A DNA stretch of 64,000 bases from Promethearchaeota archaeon (GTDB lineage Archaea; Asgardarchaeota; Heimdallarchaeia; Hodarchaeales; Hodarchaeaceae): positions 64,001-128,000 of the forward strand of contig JBHLMN010000011.1 of NCBI GenBank assembly GCA_048938105.1, given 5' to 3'. Position 1 is the stretch's first letter; every line of letters begins with the position of its first letter. Positions 10,101-18,400 of this stretch are shown here, in pieces. A model generated the notes under the pieces. It saw nothing but the letters and a program-made list of their open reading frames with translations, was not told where the DNA came from and did not search any database. A program made the translations under genes and the position numbers.

Positions 10101-10255
10101 AGGAATCTTCTGAAACAACTTCTGAAACATCTTCTGAAACAACTACTAAAACAGAATCCTCATCAGAAGTAGGCTCTTTCCCCAGCGTGTTTATTTTATT
10201 ACTATTCATAGTTCCTGTAATACTTTCTCATCGAAGGTATAAACGCAAAAGCTAA
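7109..10255 (+). CDS. Cell-surface right-handed parallel beta-helix (NosD/CASH-like) protein with Ig-like domains, S/T linker and C-terminal anchor
   Basis: Signal peptide; HDPIKI..DNDF..GTPDEPYLI cap; about 20 'NTLSxNTIYNC..GI' coils; Ig-like 'DTTPP' and 'AVDQAGN' segments; SETT linker; TM helix plus RRYKRKS tail. Confidence 0.9.
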   Translation: MQKGRTTFILLLMLIMTIVHYSSNSMVSKPVTSITGTTEYEQHDPIKISNDNDFKAYGFEGFGTPDEPYLIDGYNITDSTTDLIRIDNTVVYFKISNCYLNGLVKNFRGIVLGNVAHGIIDSNIICNPDFGIVLGSSSSNTLSSNTIYNCKYDGIRLHPSNTNNVLSNNTIYNCLRDGISQYWFNNYNTLFNNTIYNCADDAIELSVCNNYHTISSNTIYNCSYGINFDNYNHYNTLSSNIIYDCSSSGIFLGMDSNHSILSSNTVYNVNGGISVVGSHCTLSSNTVYNATGGAISMSQGLYCTLSNNTVYKCNSGITQYFSNYCTLSNNTVYDCSYMCLSLYNSNHCTLSSNTFYNCTQYGVLLRDSSSYNTLYNNTISHCSDWGIYFYGGDSCSYNTLSYNTIDDCSRNCIYLDWTSDSNTLSYNTISNCSGTGKLHAGNGIVMFGSNHSTLFSNVIYNCSINGIYLDYSHHNTLSSNMISNCSSGISLDLSSNYNTLSGNMISNCSNDGIFLYQTSDDNTLSHNTISHCSDNGIELYYVFHNTLSYNAISNCSNYGVGLFSANDNFLYNNTIYNNTNYGFYFGISDQSNDNIAQWNNFLNNSEGTETAQACDDRWNDAPTNVFSENYWHDYIPPPGYYTLDTYSGSSIRNNDTSPLATPGPPLVSIVTPFAQDYSADVITVILSGNAVQYWYYIEGIDGDNQTWRTREERTLDDGTYTLHAYGKILRTITHVSVTFTIDTTPPTFNIDSPTSKTYTTGTITVDLSGDADIAYYWYYIEGFHVDNQIWTTPISWTLADGAYILHTYAIDTVGNIAYFPVAFKIETVAPIITLKSPSHDTSHNSMTIIKLDVIDVFLDTVLYNWDGSTNKTWNQDYEFWTLLPSGDAQHFLYVYANDSLGRWTSEVFTFTTDDTNPTVDITSPTNDTTYDQDSVTLAYTVSEGTVTVYINGVTKTVPSGTIFSNLSNGIYNITITAVDQAGNIGTDTIIFIIEIVEEESSETTSETSSETTTKTESSSEVGSFPSVFILLLFIVPVILSHRRYKRKS
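10109..10144 (+). repeat. 3 x 12-bp tandem repeat TCTGAAACAWCT encoding the SETT/SETS linker
   Basis: Directly visible in the sequence. Confidence 0.85.
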
Positions 10256-10384
10256 CAAAGATACCGATTTCGACCAGATCGAAACTGATCCATAATTCAC
10301 CTGTGGATGCCTTCATATTCATCAAAATATTCTAATTTTCAGTCAACCAAATATGAATCTAAAAAGAAAGTATGAAAGTGGGGA

Positions 10385-10717
10385 TTACACTTCAAAATCC
10401 ATGAACTTTACGTCGTCCAAAGTGCGTAGAAATTTGGTGTGCATCCACTCAAATGGCATACCTATTTCTGCGAACATTTCTAGATTCAGTTCTTCGGCTT
10501 TTTTATTATCTCTTTCCCTGTCTAAAACCGCCCAATTATCTATTTCATACCACATTTCAAAATCGTGATCTGCAGTCGCATTAATTATGATGTACACTCC
10601 AATGAATTTCATCCCAGGTATTAATACTTCTTCTATTCGTTTTTTATTTTTTCGCATCCATTTTATCCAAGCAGCATCTTTTAGTTCTTTGAATTTTCCA
10701 TACCACACCATGTACAA
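10385..10717 (-). CDS. Small hypothetical protein (possible dimeric alpha+beta barrel fold)
   Basis: 110-aa ORF with a plausible beta-alpha-beta-beta-alpha-beta pattern ('GMKFIGVY', 'FEMWYEIDNWAVLD'). Confidence 0.6.
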   Translation of the reverse strand: MYMVWYGKFKELKDAAWIKWMRKNKKRIEEVLIPGMKFIGVYIIINATADHDFEMWYEIDNWAVLDRERDNKKAEELNLEMFAEIGMPFEWMHTKFLRTLDDVKFMDFEV

Positions 10718-10833
10718 ACCATGTCACATCCAATTTTCCGTTGATAAGTGAACAGAGAGTAATATGGTTGAATTTATTTTATAAGGTTTTTTCCCTCTAT
10801 CTTTGAACATCCAACTCAAAGCCTAAGATCCTG

Positions 10834-11583
10834 TTATGGTTGGGTTAAGTTATTGATCGTCTGTTGGTACATGACGAGTATCTCGTCTGATAGCTCCTGT
10901 TCTAGGATGAAGTTCATCCTATCTAGTGCGCGTTGAATCCGTTCATTGTCTCCCGCTTCCAATACTCTATCCAACAATATCATCAATGTTTGTACACGAG
11001 TCTGTATTAATTTCTGTTCGTCCTCTTCCAATGATGATACTAGATAAGAATCTAAATATTTTGATAGATGTTCCCGGATTTTCTCTCCTTCATTGATGAC
11101 TTTTAGTTTTCGCTGAAGAATGAGATCGGTTTCGTGGGCAATTTCTTTTAGTAATGCCTTTTTATGGTGAATTGGTTCTCCTTGATAGTACTCAAAATAT
11201 TTTGTAAAAACTGCTTGAATTTGTCGTAGGTCTATCCACGCCATCTCCATAATAACTTGAGGTAATAATATTGACACCAAATTGATACTAAACCCACCAC
11301 GATTGGTTTCTGACGTTTCATAAAGTACAGTGCAAACTGAAAACAACTCATGTTCTGGAAAAGGAATAGTCGCAGGCATTTTCGAATAAGAAATATGATT
11401 TGGTCGACTGGAAAAGACCGACATCCCTCTGAGGGATATACCAAACAATAATTTATCCGATAACGTTTTTGGAGTCCATTCAACTGGCATACCTCCCCTG
11501 ATGTCATCAAATGTCGTCCACACCACTCCTACGAGTATTTTATATGGCCTTGTACTATTATTCTGAGATTTATCGAAAAACAT
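10834..11583 (-). CDS. Longin/uDENN-like domain protein with helical C-terminus
   Basis: N-terminal 'VVWTTFDDIRGGMP' resembles the FDxxxGP hairpin of uDENN/NPRL2-type longins; 'IPFP' and 'SETNRGG' resemble the later DxxxRG loop. Confidence 0.6.
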   Translation of the reverse strand: MFFDKSQNNSTRPYKILVGVVWTTFDDIRGGMPVEWTPKTLSDKLLFGISLRGMSVFSSRPNHISYSKMPATIPFPEHELFSVCTVLYETSETNRGGFSINLVSILLPQVIMEMAWIDLRQIQAVFTKYFEYYQGEPIHHKKALLKEIAHETDLILQRKLKVINEGEKIREHLSKYLDSYLVSSLEEDEQKLIQTRVQTLMILLDRVLEAGDNERIQRALDRMNFILEQELSDEILVMYQQTINNLTQP

Positions 11584-11728
11584 TGCAAATCTGGCCTAAA
11601 GAGTACTCATTGACATCCTTGTGTCATTATTAAATACATTTCCAAGAATCAATTAAAGAATTTCGCTAAGTTGAATATTATCACTTAAAATAACTCTGGT
11701 GTGACTGATTGTTTTTTCTTTATGGATA

Positions 11729-12061
11729 TCATTCTTGTGATTGAAGCTTTTTAGCAATAAGATCCGCCACTAGCTCGCATATTTTCAAAATTTTTGGGTC
11801 AGACAACGAATAATAGACTTCATTAGCCTTTCTACGCGTTATCACTACTCCTTTATCTCTTAACACACGAAGATGTTGGGAAATATATGGTTGTGGTTTT
11901 TTTGTTGCTTCTTTTATATCAGAGACATTTTTTTCCCCATCTTCTAGAATTTGAAGAATTTTTAGTCTAAAAGGGTGGGTTAATGACTGACATAATTCTG
12001 CTTGGAGTGTTAAAGAGTTTTTTTCATCATCTAATGAGCCTGGAGCTTGATCTGAGGACAT
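11729..12061 (-). CDS. ArsR/SmtB-family regulator (likely thiol/redox-sensing)
   Basis: LTHPFRLKIL and ISQHLRVLR wHTH motifs; Cys in the first and last helices; divergent from two thiol oxidoreductases. Confidence 0.9.
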   Translation of the reverse strand: MSSDQAPGSLDDEKNSLTLQAELCQSLTHPFRLKILQILEDGEKNVSDIKEATKKPQPYISQHLRVLRDKGVVITRRKANEVYYSLSDPKILKICELVADLIAKKLQSQE

Positions 12062-12108
12062 ATCTTCGCCAGTGAAAATATATTGTGATTCATATATATG
12101 GATTACGG

Positions 12109-12130
12109 AATATTCAAAGAACGCAATATT
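12109..12130. promoter_or_regulatory. Putative ArsR operator overlapping the PDO TATA box
   Basis: AATATT-N10-AATATT inverted repeat abutting TTTATAAA in the divergent intergenic region. Confidence 0.4.
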
Positions 12131-12180
12131 TATAAAGAATTGATGAAAGTGTCAAATAAAGTCATTAAGGAGGATATTAC

Positions 12181-12882
12181 ATGTCCGAAAGTAAAGTAAG
12201 AATCGAAGAGAAAATTTTGACCGAAGTCCGTCAAATGTTTGATGGATTAACCTCAGATGTAACACTACACATGTTTACTAATAAGAATCATTGTTTATTA
12301 TGTAATGAAACTCTCGACTTAACAGAACAGATAGCAAGTCAATCAGATAAAATTAAGCTAGATCATTGTGAATGTTCTCTTGATAACGAAAAAGCTCAGA
12401 CTTGGCAAATCACAAGACATCCTGCGATAGCTATTGAAGGGAAAGGGAAAGGTATGATTAGATTTTTTGGTATTCCTTCTGGATATGAATTTGGTAGTCT
12501 CATTGAAAGCATTATTATGTCTGGTTCGGATAAAGAGAGTGATCTAGACCCTGAACTGATTGAGGAGATTGAAAAAATCGACCAGCCCGTTCACTTACAG
12601 GTTTTTGTGACTCCAACTTGTCCCTATTGCCCACGAGCAGTCTTGACTGCATTTAAATTTGCTATGTTGAATGAAAACATTACTGCTGATATGATTGAAG
12701 CGACAGAATTTCATGAATTATCAATGAAATATCAAGTGCAAGGTGTTCCGAAAACAATCATCAATGATGACTGGATTGAGGAAGATGACGATGGTGAGAT
12801 TTTTAAATATCCTAAATGGAGCGTTGTTGGTGCTGTACACGAAAAAACTTTATTAGATAAAGTTAAAGAAGCTCTTGCGTAA
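12181..12882 (+). CDS. Protein disulfide oxidoreductase (PDO / AhpF N-terminal-like)
   Basis: Two thioredoxin folds with CLLC and CPYC; GIPSGYEFGSLI and VQGVPKT motifs; GGAGG RBS. Confidence 0.92.
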   Translation: MSESKVRIEEKILTEVRQMFDGLTSDVTLHMFTNKNHCLLCNETLDLTEQIASQSDKIKLDHCECSLDNEKAQTWQITRHPAIAIEGKGKGMIRFFGIPSGYEFGSLIESIIMSGSDKESDLDPELIEEIEKIDQPVHLQVFVTPTCPYCPRAVLTAFKFAMLNENITADMIEATEFHELSMKYQVQGVPKTIINDDWIEEDDDGEIFKYPKWSVVGAVHEKTLLDKVKEALA

Positions 12883-12949
12883 ATAAATAAGAGATTAATT
12901 GTTAAACGATTCCATCAAATAAATAATCCATATCAGGAGACACGAGACA

Positions 12950-13546
12950 TTGCTAGATCGAATAACTCAAGAATTCTATGAGACTGGTATCTCTTTTGAA
13001 GATTTCTTAAAATCGGGTACAGAGGACGAACAGCAGAGAATTAGTTTATATCATCGCAGGCTTGTGAACAAATTCTCCCCTGACGATTTCCGTATTGATT
13101 TAAATTATCCAGTCAATCTGCTGCTGATAGCTACCACATGGTGTTGGGACTCTATAACTAATGTCCCTGCCCTTGTTAAAATAGCAGAACATAGCCCTAA
13201 TGTTAACTTAAAAATATTCAACAAAGATCACTACCCCTTCTTAGTAGAACGGATTAATGGCGGGGAAAAAATCCCTCAAGTTTTAGTTTTTTCAAAGGAT
13301 TTCTATTATCTTGATCGTTGGGTTGAACGTACAACAATGGGTTATCAGCTTTATTCCGATGTTCGAAAAGAATATGGTTGGGATGAGAGTGTTTCTGATG
13401 ATTTCCTGAAGGAATATCGTAAAAGATTCCTCAAAAATCAAAAGAAACTCGAGGAAGCTCTCCTCCAAGAGATTAGAGCTTTACTAAAAAGAACAGATAC
13501 CATTCAAGCTGCAACTGCGCGTCATTTTAAAAAAATAGAAGAATAA
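12950..13546 (+). CDS. Thioredoxin-fold protein (CxDS type)
   Basis: WCWDS motif, NGGEKIP and RWVER motifs. Confidence 0.8.
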   Translation: MLDRITQEFYETGISFEDFLKSGTEDEQQRISLYHRRLVNKFSPDDFRIDLNYPVNLLLIATTWCWDSITNVPALVKIAEHSPNVNLKIFNKDHYPFLVERINGGEKIPQVLVFSKDFYYLDRWVERTTMGYQLYSDVRKEYGWDESVSDDFLKEYRKRFLKNQKKLEEALLQEIRALLKRTDTIQAATARHFKKIEE

Positions 13547-13797
13547 GGGAGAGAGATCTCAAATCTATACCAATCAAGAATAATACTAACTCTATTCTTT
13601 TCTTTATTCCTTAGTAGCTAAACATTCAGAATTTAAAATCCTTTTGAAAAGGATTATACTTTATTTTCAATTTGATTAGTTTCTACGAAAATTGATAAGC
13701 TCGAATGTCTTTTTTTCAAGAAAGGCAGTTTCCCCTAATCAATGATTTCTATTGTTTATATTATCATTTTTAGCAATGATTATCATTCAGCAACCTG

Positions 13798-16413
13798 TTG
13801 AGATGCTTGGGTTTGAAAAAAAGAATAATTGAATGGAATCTTCCACTGGTTGAGATCTCAAAAGCATCTACACATGAAAAGAGTGTTCGTCATGGCCATC
13901 CTAGTACTTTGCATTTATGGTGGGCCCGTCGCCCATTAGCATCATCTCGAACTACCGCTTTTGCAGCGTTAATTGACCTTCCTTCAAGTTCTAAAGAAAA
14001 AAAAGAAGTTTTCAACATAATCAAAGAAATTGCACCTTGGAATACTGTAAAATCAAATTTAACTTCTACGATTCTTAAAAGCCAACAACTAATCGGCAAA
14101 CAGTGGCAAAAGAACCCACCAAAAATAATTGATCCGTTTTCAGGTGGAGGATCTATCCCTCTCGAAGCTCTCAGACTTGGGTGTGAAACTTATGCTAGTG
14201 ACTTGAATCCTGTAGCTGTTTTGATTAGTAAAGCAACACTTGAATGGCCCCAAAAGATCGCTAGTACCAAGCTTGCAGCTTTGATAGAAAAATGGGCTAC
14301 TCACATTCATAATGAAGCGCATCTAGAGTTAAGCCAATTCTATCCAAACGACCCTGATGGAAGTATCCCAATTGGTTATTTATGGGCAAGAACCATTCCA
14401 TGTCCCAATCCAAAATGTCTTGTAGAAATGCCCTTAATCAAGCATTTTTGGTTGGCTAGAACAAAGACACGCTCTATTGCATATAAACCTATTATAGATA
14501 AACAGTCAAAGACTATCTCTTTTCAAATTCAGGAGGGGGAAAATATTGACTTTAATCCCTCCATAGGAACTATTTCAAGAGCTAAAGCTAGATGTTTAGT
14601 TTGTAATCAAGTAACAAAAGCGAAAAAGATTCGTGAACTCGCACAAGAGGGAAAAATGCAACAAAAAATGACTGTGGTAATTCTACGAATTCCAAAGAAG
14701 GCAAAAAAGCATTATCGTATTGCCAATGAGAAAGATATCAAAAATTTCGCTCAAGCAGAAGATTTTCTCTCTCAAAAACTTTCTAATCTTGAAAATTTGG
14801 AATCTCTCTTTCCAAATGAAGAATTACCACCCATTGGAACCTTAGGTTTCGGTGTTCAACACTATGGGATGACTAAATGGAAAAATTTATTTAATTCACG
14901 ACAACAATTAGCGCTTATTACCTTCTTGGAGCGTATAAACGTAAATTCTCAACAAATTATGCAAGAACATCATGATATCATTGAGACAACTCCTCAACCA
15001 ATTTTACTTTCTAATATCATCATAGCATATTTAGCAATTATTTTGGGACGCTTAGCTGATAAAAATGCCAATTTAGTGGTTTATAATGCCTATGGTGAAA
15101 AAATTGAACATGTTTTTGGTCGAACAGCGTTACCAATGGCTTGGGATTACGCAGAATTGAATGTTTTTTCTGGGGCAAATGGCGATTGGCTCCACCAAAT
15201 GGATTGGGTATTACGCTTTTTAAGAAATAATTGCTGGAAATCTCCCAACACATCACAGGTTTTTCAGGCATCAGCGACTAATCTTCCTTTTGAAAATGAA
15301 TATTTTGACGCTGTTTTTACCGATCCTCCTTATTATGATAATGTTCCTTATTCAGACTTGTCAGACTTCTTTTATGTATGGTTTAAGAGAGCAATTGGAA
15401 ATTTATTTCCTAATCTTTTTGCAACTCCCCTTACTCCCAAATCAGAAGAGATTGTTGCTAATAAAGGGAGGCAAAAGAATCCTAAAGAGTTTTTTGAAGG
15501 AATGATTAGTGAATCTTTCCAAGAAATGTACCGAATTCTGAAGCCTGAAGGTATTGTAGTTATAGTCTATGCTCATAAGTCATCAGAGGGATGGGAAACG
15601 ATGTTGAAGGCATTAATACGAGCTGGATTCGTTGTCACAGCCTCATGGCCTATTCATACTGAAATGAAAACCCGTCTCCGAGCTAAAACCTCTGCTGCCC
15701 TTGCCTCCTCCATTTACCTCGTCTGTAGGAAACAACCTCAACGTAAAGTAGGATATTTTCATGAGATTCAACAAAAAATGGAAGCTCAAATATATAAACA
15801 ATTACTACGATTCTGGAGAGAAGGAATTCGTGGTGGAGATTTCTTTATTTCAGCAATTGGACCATCAATGGAAACTCTGAGCCAATATCGGCAAATAGAA
15901 CGTTATTCAGGGCAGATTGTTACTTTTCGTGACCAGCTAGCTTATATCCGCACGATCACAACGAATTTTCTTGTTCATAACCTCTTACAAAACTATGAAG
16001 AGATAAAAATGGATGCAATATCTCAATTCTATCTTGCATACCGGTGGACATTTCAAGATTCTACAGTTGATTTCGGAGAAGCACAAAAACTGGCTCAAGC
16101 GTGTGGAGTAGAATTCAATATTATTCAAAAGAAAGGATTTCTAGAGAAAAAAGGATCAAAAATTACGATTCTGGACGCTTTAAAACGACGAATTATCAAT
16201 CCAAAAGACACCTGTCTAGTTAACATTATGCATCAATCTTTAATTGCTTGGAAAGAAGGAAATGAAGCAAAACTAGAGAAATTATTATTTTCATATAACA
16301 TATCTAATCGTGGATTTTGGCAATTTTGCCAGGCAGTTGCTGAATGTCTTCCCCGAAATAATGTTGAAAAAAGATTACTTGAAGGACTTCTAGTCTCTAA
16401 GCATAGTAGATAA
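13798..16413 (+). CDS. DUF1156-domain adenine-specific DNA methyltransferase with Zn ribbon
   Basis: HLWWARRP; SAM motif DPFSGGGSIPLEA; CPNPKC and CLVC; catalytic DPPYY; SWPIHTE. Confidence 0.9.
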   Translation: MRCLGLKKRIIEWNLPLVEISKASTHEKSVRHGHPSTLHLWWARRPLASSRTTAFAALIDLPSSSKEKKEVFNIIKEIAPWNTVKSNLTSTILKSQQLIGKQWQKNPPKIIDPFSGGGSIPLEALRLGCETYASDLNPVAVLISKATLEWPQKIASTKLAALIEKWATHIHNEAHLELSQFYPNDPDGSIPIGYLWARTIPCPNPKCLVEMPLIKHFWLARTKTRSIAYKPIIDKQSKTISFQIQEGENIDFNPSIGTISRAKARCLVCNQVTKAKKIRELAQEGKMQQKMTVVILRIPKKAKKHYRIANEKDIKNFAQAEDFLSQKLSNLENLESLFPNEELPPIGTLGFGVQHYGMTKWKNLFNSRQQLALITFLERINVNSQQIMQEHHDIIETTPQPILLSNIIIAYLAIILGRLADKNANLVVYNAYGEKIEHVFGRTALPMAWDYAELNVFSGANGDWLHQMDWVLRFLRNNCWKSPNTSQVFQASATNLPFENEYFDAVFTDPPYYDNVPYSDLSDFFYVWFKRAIGNLFPNLFATPLTPKSEEIVANKGRQKNPKEFFEGMISESFQEMYRILKPEGIVVIVYAHKSSEGWETMLKALIRAGFVVTASWPIHTEMKTRLRAKTSAALASSIYLVCRKQPQRKVGYFHEIQQKMEAQIYKQLLRFWREGIRGGDFFISAIGPSMETLSQYRQIERYSGQIVTFRDQLAYIRTITTNFLVHNLLQNYEEIKMDAISQFYLAYRWTFQDSTVDFGEAQKLAQACGVEFNIIQKKGFLEKKGSKITILDALKRRIINPKDTCLVNIMHQSLIAWKEGNEAKLEKLLFSYNISNRGFWQFCQAVAECLPRNNVEKRLLEGLLVSKHSR

Positions 16414-16433
16414 AAACTATTACCCTCTTTAAC

Positions 16434-16904
16434 TTACTCTTTTTCCAATTTGATGAGTTTTTTATTCATATTTGTCAAAATGTTTTCAATAACCTTCTGA
16501 CTTTTTTGAATATTTTTCATGTCTGAAGCTAAGGTTTTGATTTCATTTTCTATGGTTTTTATTGTGATTTCCATATTTTCAAGACGTGATGAGCTAGTGG
16601 TTGAGCTTCCAAACTTATAATCCATGGTGTTAGGGGATTGTGTCTGTTCTTGAATGGAGGAACCTGACCTCGATGATATGTGAGTTTCTGCTGTTTTAGT
16701 GACTGGAGGAGAAGAAAACCCAAAACCGTTTGTAGGAGGGGGAGGTTCATCAAAGTCACCCTGTAATTCGGTAGGAATTATAGGTTTGAATTCTTCAGCT
16801 GAACGATCATAAAATGATTCATCACTACCACAATGTGGACACGGAAACTTCATCACATAATTATGACATTTTTTACAAACGGGACTCATTTGAAACTCCA
16901 TCAA
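16434..16904 (-). CDS. Hypothetical protein: Zn ribbon, Pro/Ser-rich linker, coiled coil
   Basis: CKKC..CPHC; EPPPPT and Ser/Thr-rich middle; heptad-patterned C-terminus. Confidence 0.75.
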   Translation of the reverse strand: MMEFQMSPVCKKCHNYVMKFPCPHCGSDESFYDRSAEEFKPIIPTELQGDFDEPPPPTNGFGFSSPPVTKTAETHISSRSGSSIQEQTQSPNTMDYKFGSSTTSSSRLENMEITIKTIENEIKTLASDMKNIQKSQKVIENILTNMNKKLIKLEKE

Positions 16905-16991
16905 TAAATGAATTAATGTTTAAGTTCAACCTCTATTTGTCATAAAAAAATTTTTCCGAAAGATAAGATCTGCAATTCTTTGTTATCACAA

Positions 16992-18389
16992 TTATTGTGT
17001 TGCTGTGGTAATTCGACAATCTTTTACCCGTATAGTTGGAATCCATGTAGGAGTCCGCACCTCCCACCATTTAACCTGTACCCGATCGTTCCCCATTGCC
17101 TCAATATTGGTAAACTGTCGCAAGAGATTATCACTTATACGAAAGTTCTTCAATGGTTTCCCTAATTCCCCATTTTTAATGAGGAAGGCAGCATCTCTAG
17201 GGATTGTACTACATTCAGTTGATATTCTGCTGGTAAACCGAGTGTACCAGTTACAGGTAACCAAAACAGCTGGATTTGAACCTTCTAACAGTTCAGCAAA
17301 AGTATGATCTCCATTATTGAAGATTATATTTGTAAGAGCGGGAATTAAAATTTTACTGCCAGTCCGACTCCCCCATATTGATCCCAAATCAAGTAATTCC
17401 CCATTTCCAGTTGATTTTCCTTGAGACATCTTACCTGTTGAGGTATTATGTATGAAATTGATCAATATTCCTTCATGAATAATGTCTGTTTTTTGTCGTG
17501 GTGTTCCTTCAAAATCAAATGGTGATGAAGCCAGCCCCTTTGACTTTAATCCATTATCTGAAACTGATACAAATTCAGGGGTTAATTTCTCACCCATTTT
17601 ATCACCTAAGGCACTCATTCCCATCATAATAGAAACTGGATTTGCCATAGCTGGAATATTTCCTAGTAAATTCGCTCCAACTGCAGGAGCCATAATAATA
17701 TCATACTTGCCTGGTTTTGCTTGATGAGCTCCTTTATGTAATTTAGAGAAATGTCCAGCACGTTCCCCTGCAGCTGTTAACTCCTTTTCAGCCGTTGTTG
17801 GTATTAAACCACAAGCTAAACCTTGGCCAGATGCATCTAATTCTTCTTGAAATCCTCTAATCGTAAGATTAAAGAAGGTTCTAGAATAGTTCCCATAAGG
17901 CCCTGCTGAACTGCGTAAATAGAAGTCCTCTTGGCCAAAAAGAAAAGACCCAGCAGCTCTTTTAGCACCTGTAGCAATTGCTGTATCGATACTTGCATTC
18001 ACAAATTGTGGTGCTTTTTCCCTAAAATCTTTAATTTTAGAATCGAATATCCCTGACAAATGGGAATGTGTTGTGATTCTTTCCTCAACCCCATGAAAGA
18101 ATGGACTAGGAGACATTTTTTCTGCAAATTTTACTAATTCTCTGACCTGTTTTCGAACATGTTCATCTGAACCAGGAGAAAATTCAATTACCGCTAATTG
18201 ATTTTTTTCAACAACCACAAATAATTCCAATAACTCTGTTTGCCATTGTTTGTTAATATCTATCTTATTTTGGGAGAATCGTATCTGGTTGTAAATCCTA
18301 TTAACCCCTCGTCCAATAATCAGATCAACGTTCATATCTTGTCCGTAATCAAGTGCTAAATCTGTAAACGCCTTCATTTGTTCTGTCAT
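16992..18389 (-). CDS. tldE: TldE/PmbA family protein
   Basis: PFDFEG, STGNG and WYTRF motifs; lacks HExxxH; directly downstream of tldD. Confidence 0.88.
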   Translation of the reverse strand: MTEQMKAFTDLALDYGQDMNVDLIIGRGVNRIYNQIRFSQNKIDINKQWQTELLELFVVVEKNQLAVIEFSPGSDEHVRKQVRELVKFAEKMSPSPFFHGVEERITTHSHLSGIFDSKIKDFREKAPQFVNASIDTAIATGAKRAAGSFLFGQEDFYLRSSAGPYGNYSRTFFNLTIRGFQEELDASGQGLACGLIPTTAEKELTAAGERAGHFSKLHKGAHQAKPGKYDIIMAPAVGANLLGNIPAMANPVSIMMGMSALGDKMGEKLTPEFVSVSDNGLKSKGLASSPFDFEGTPRQKTDIIHEGILINFIHNTSTGKMSQGKSTGNGELLDLGSIWGSRTGSKILIPALTNIIFNNGDHTFAELLEGSNPAVLVTCNWYTRFTSRISTECSTIPRDAAFLIKNGELGKPLKNFRISDNLLRQFTNIEAMGNDRVQVKWWEVRTPTWIPTIRVKDCRITTATQ

Positions 18390-18400
18390 TAGTTTCTCAC

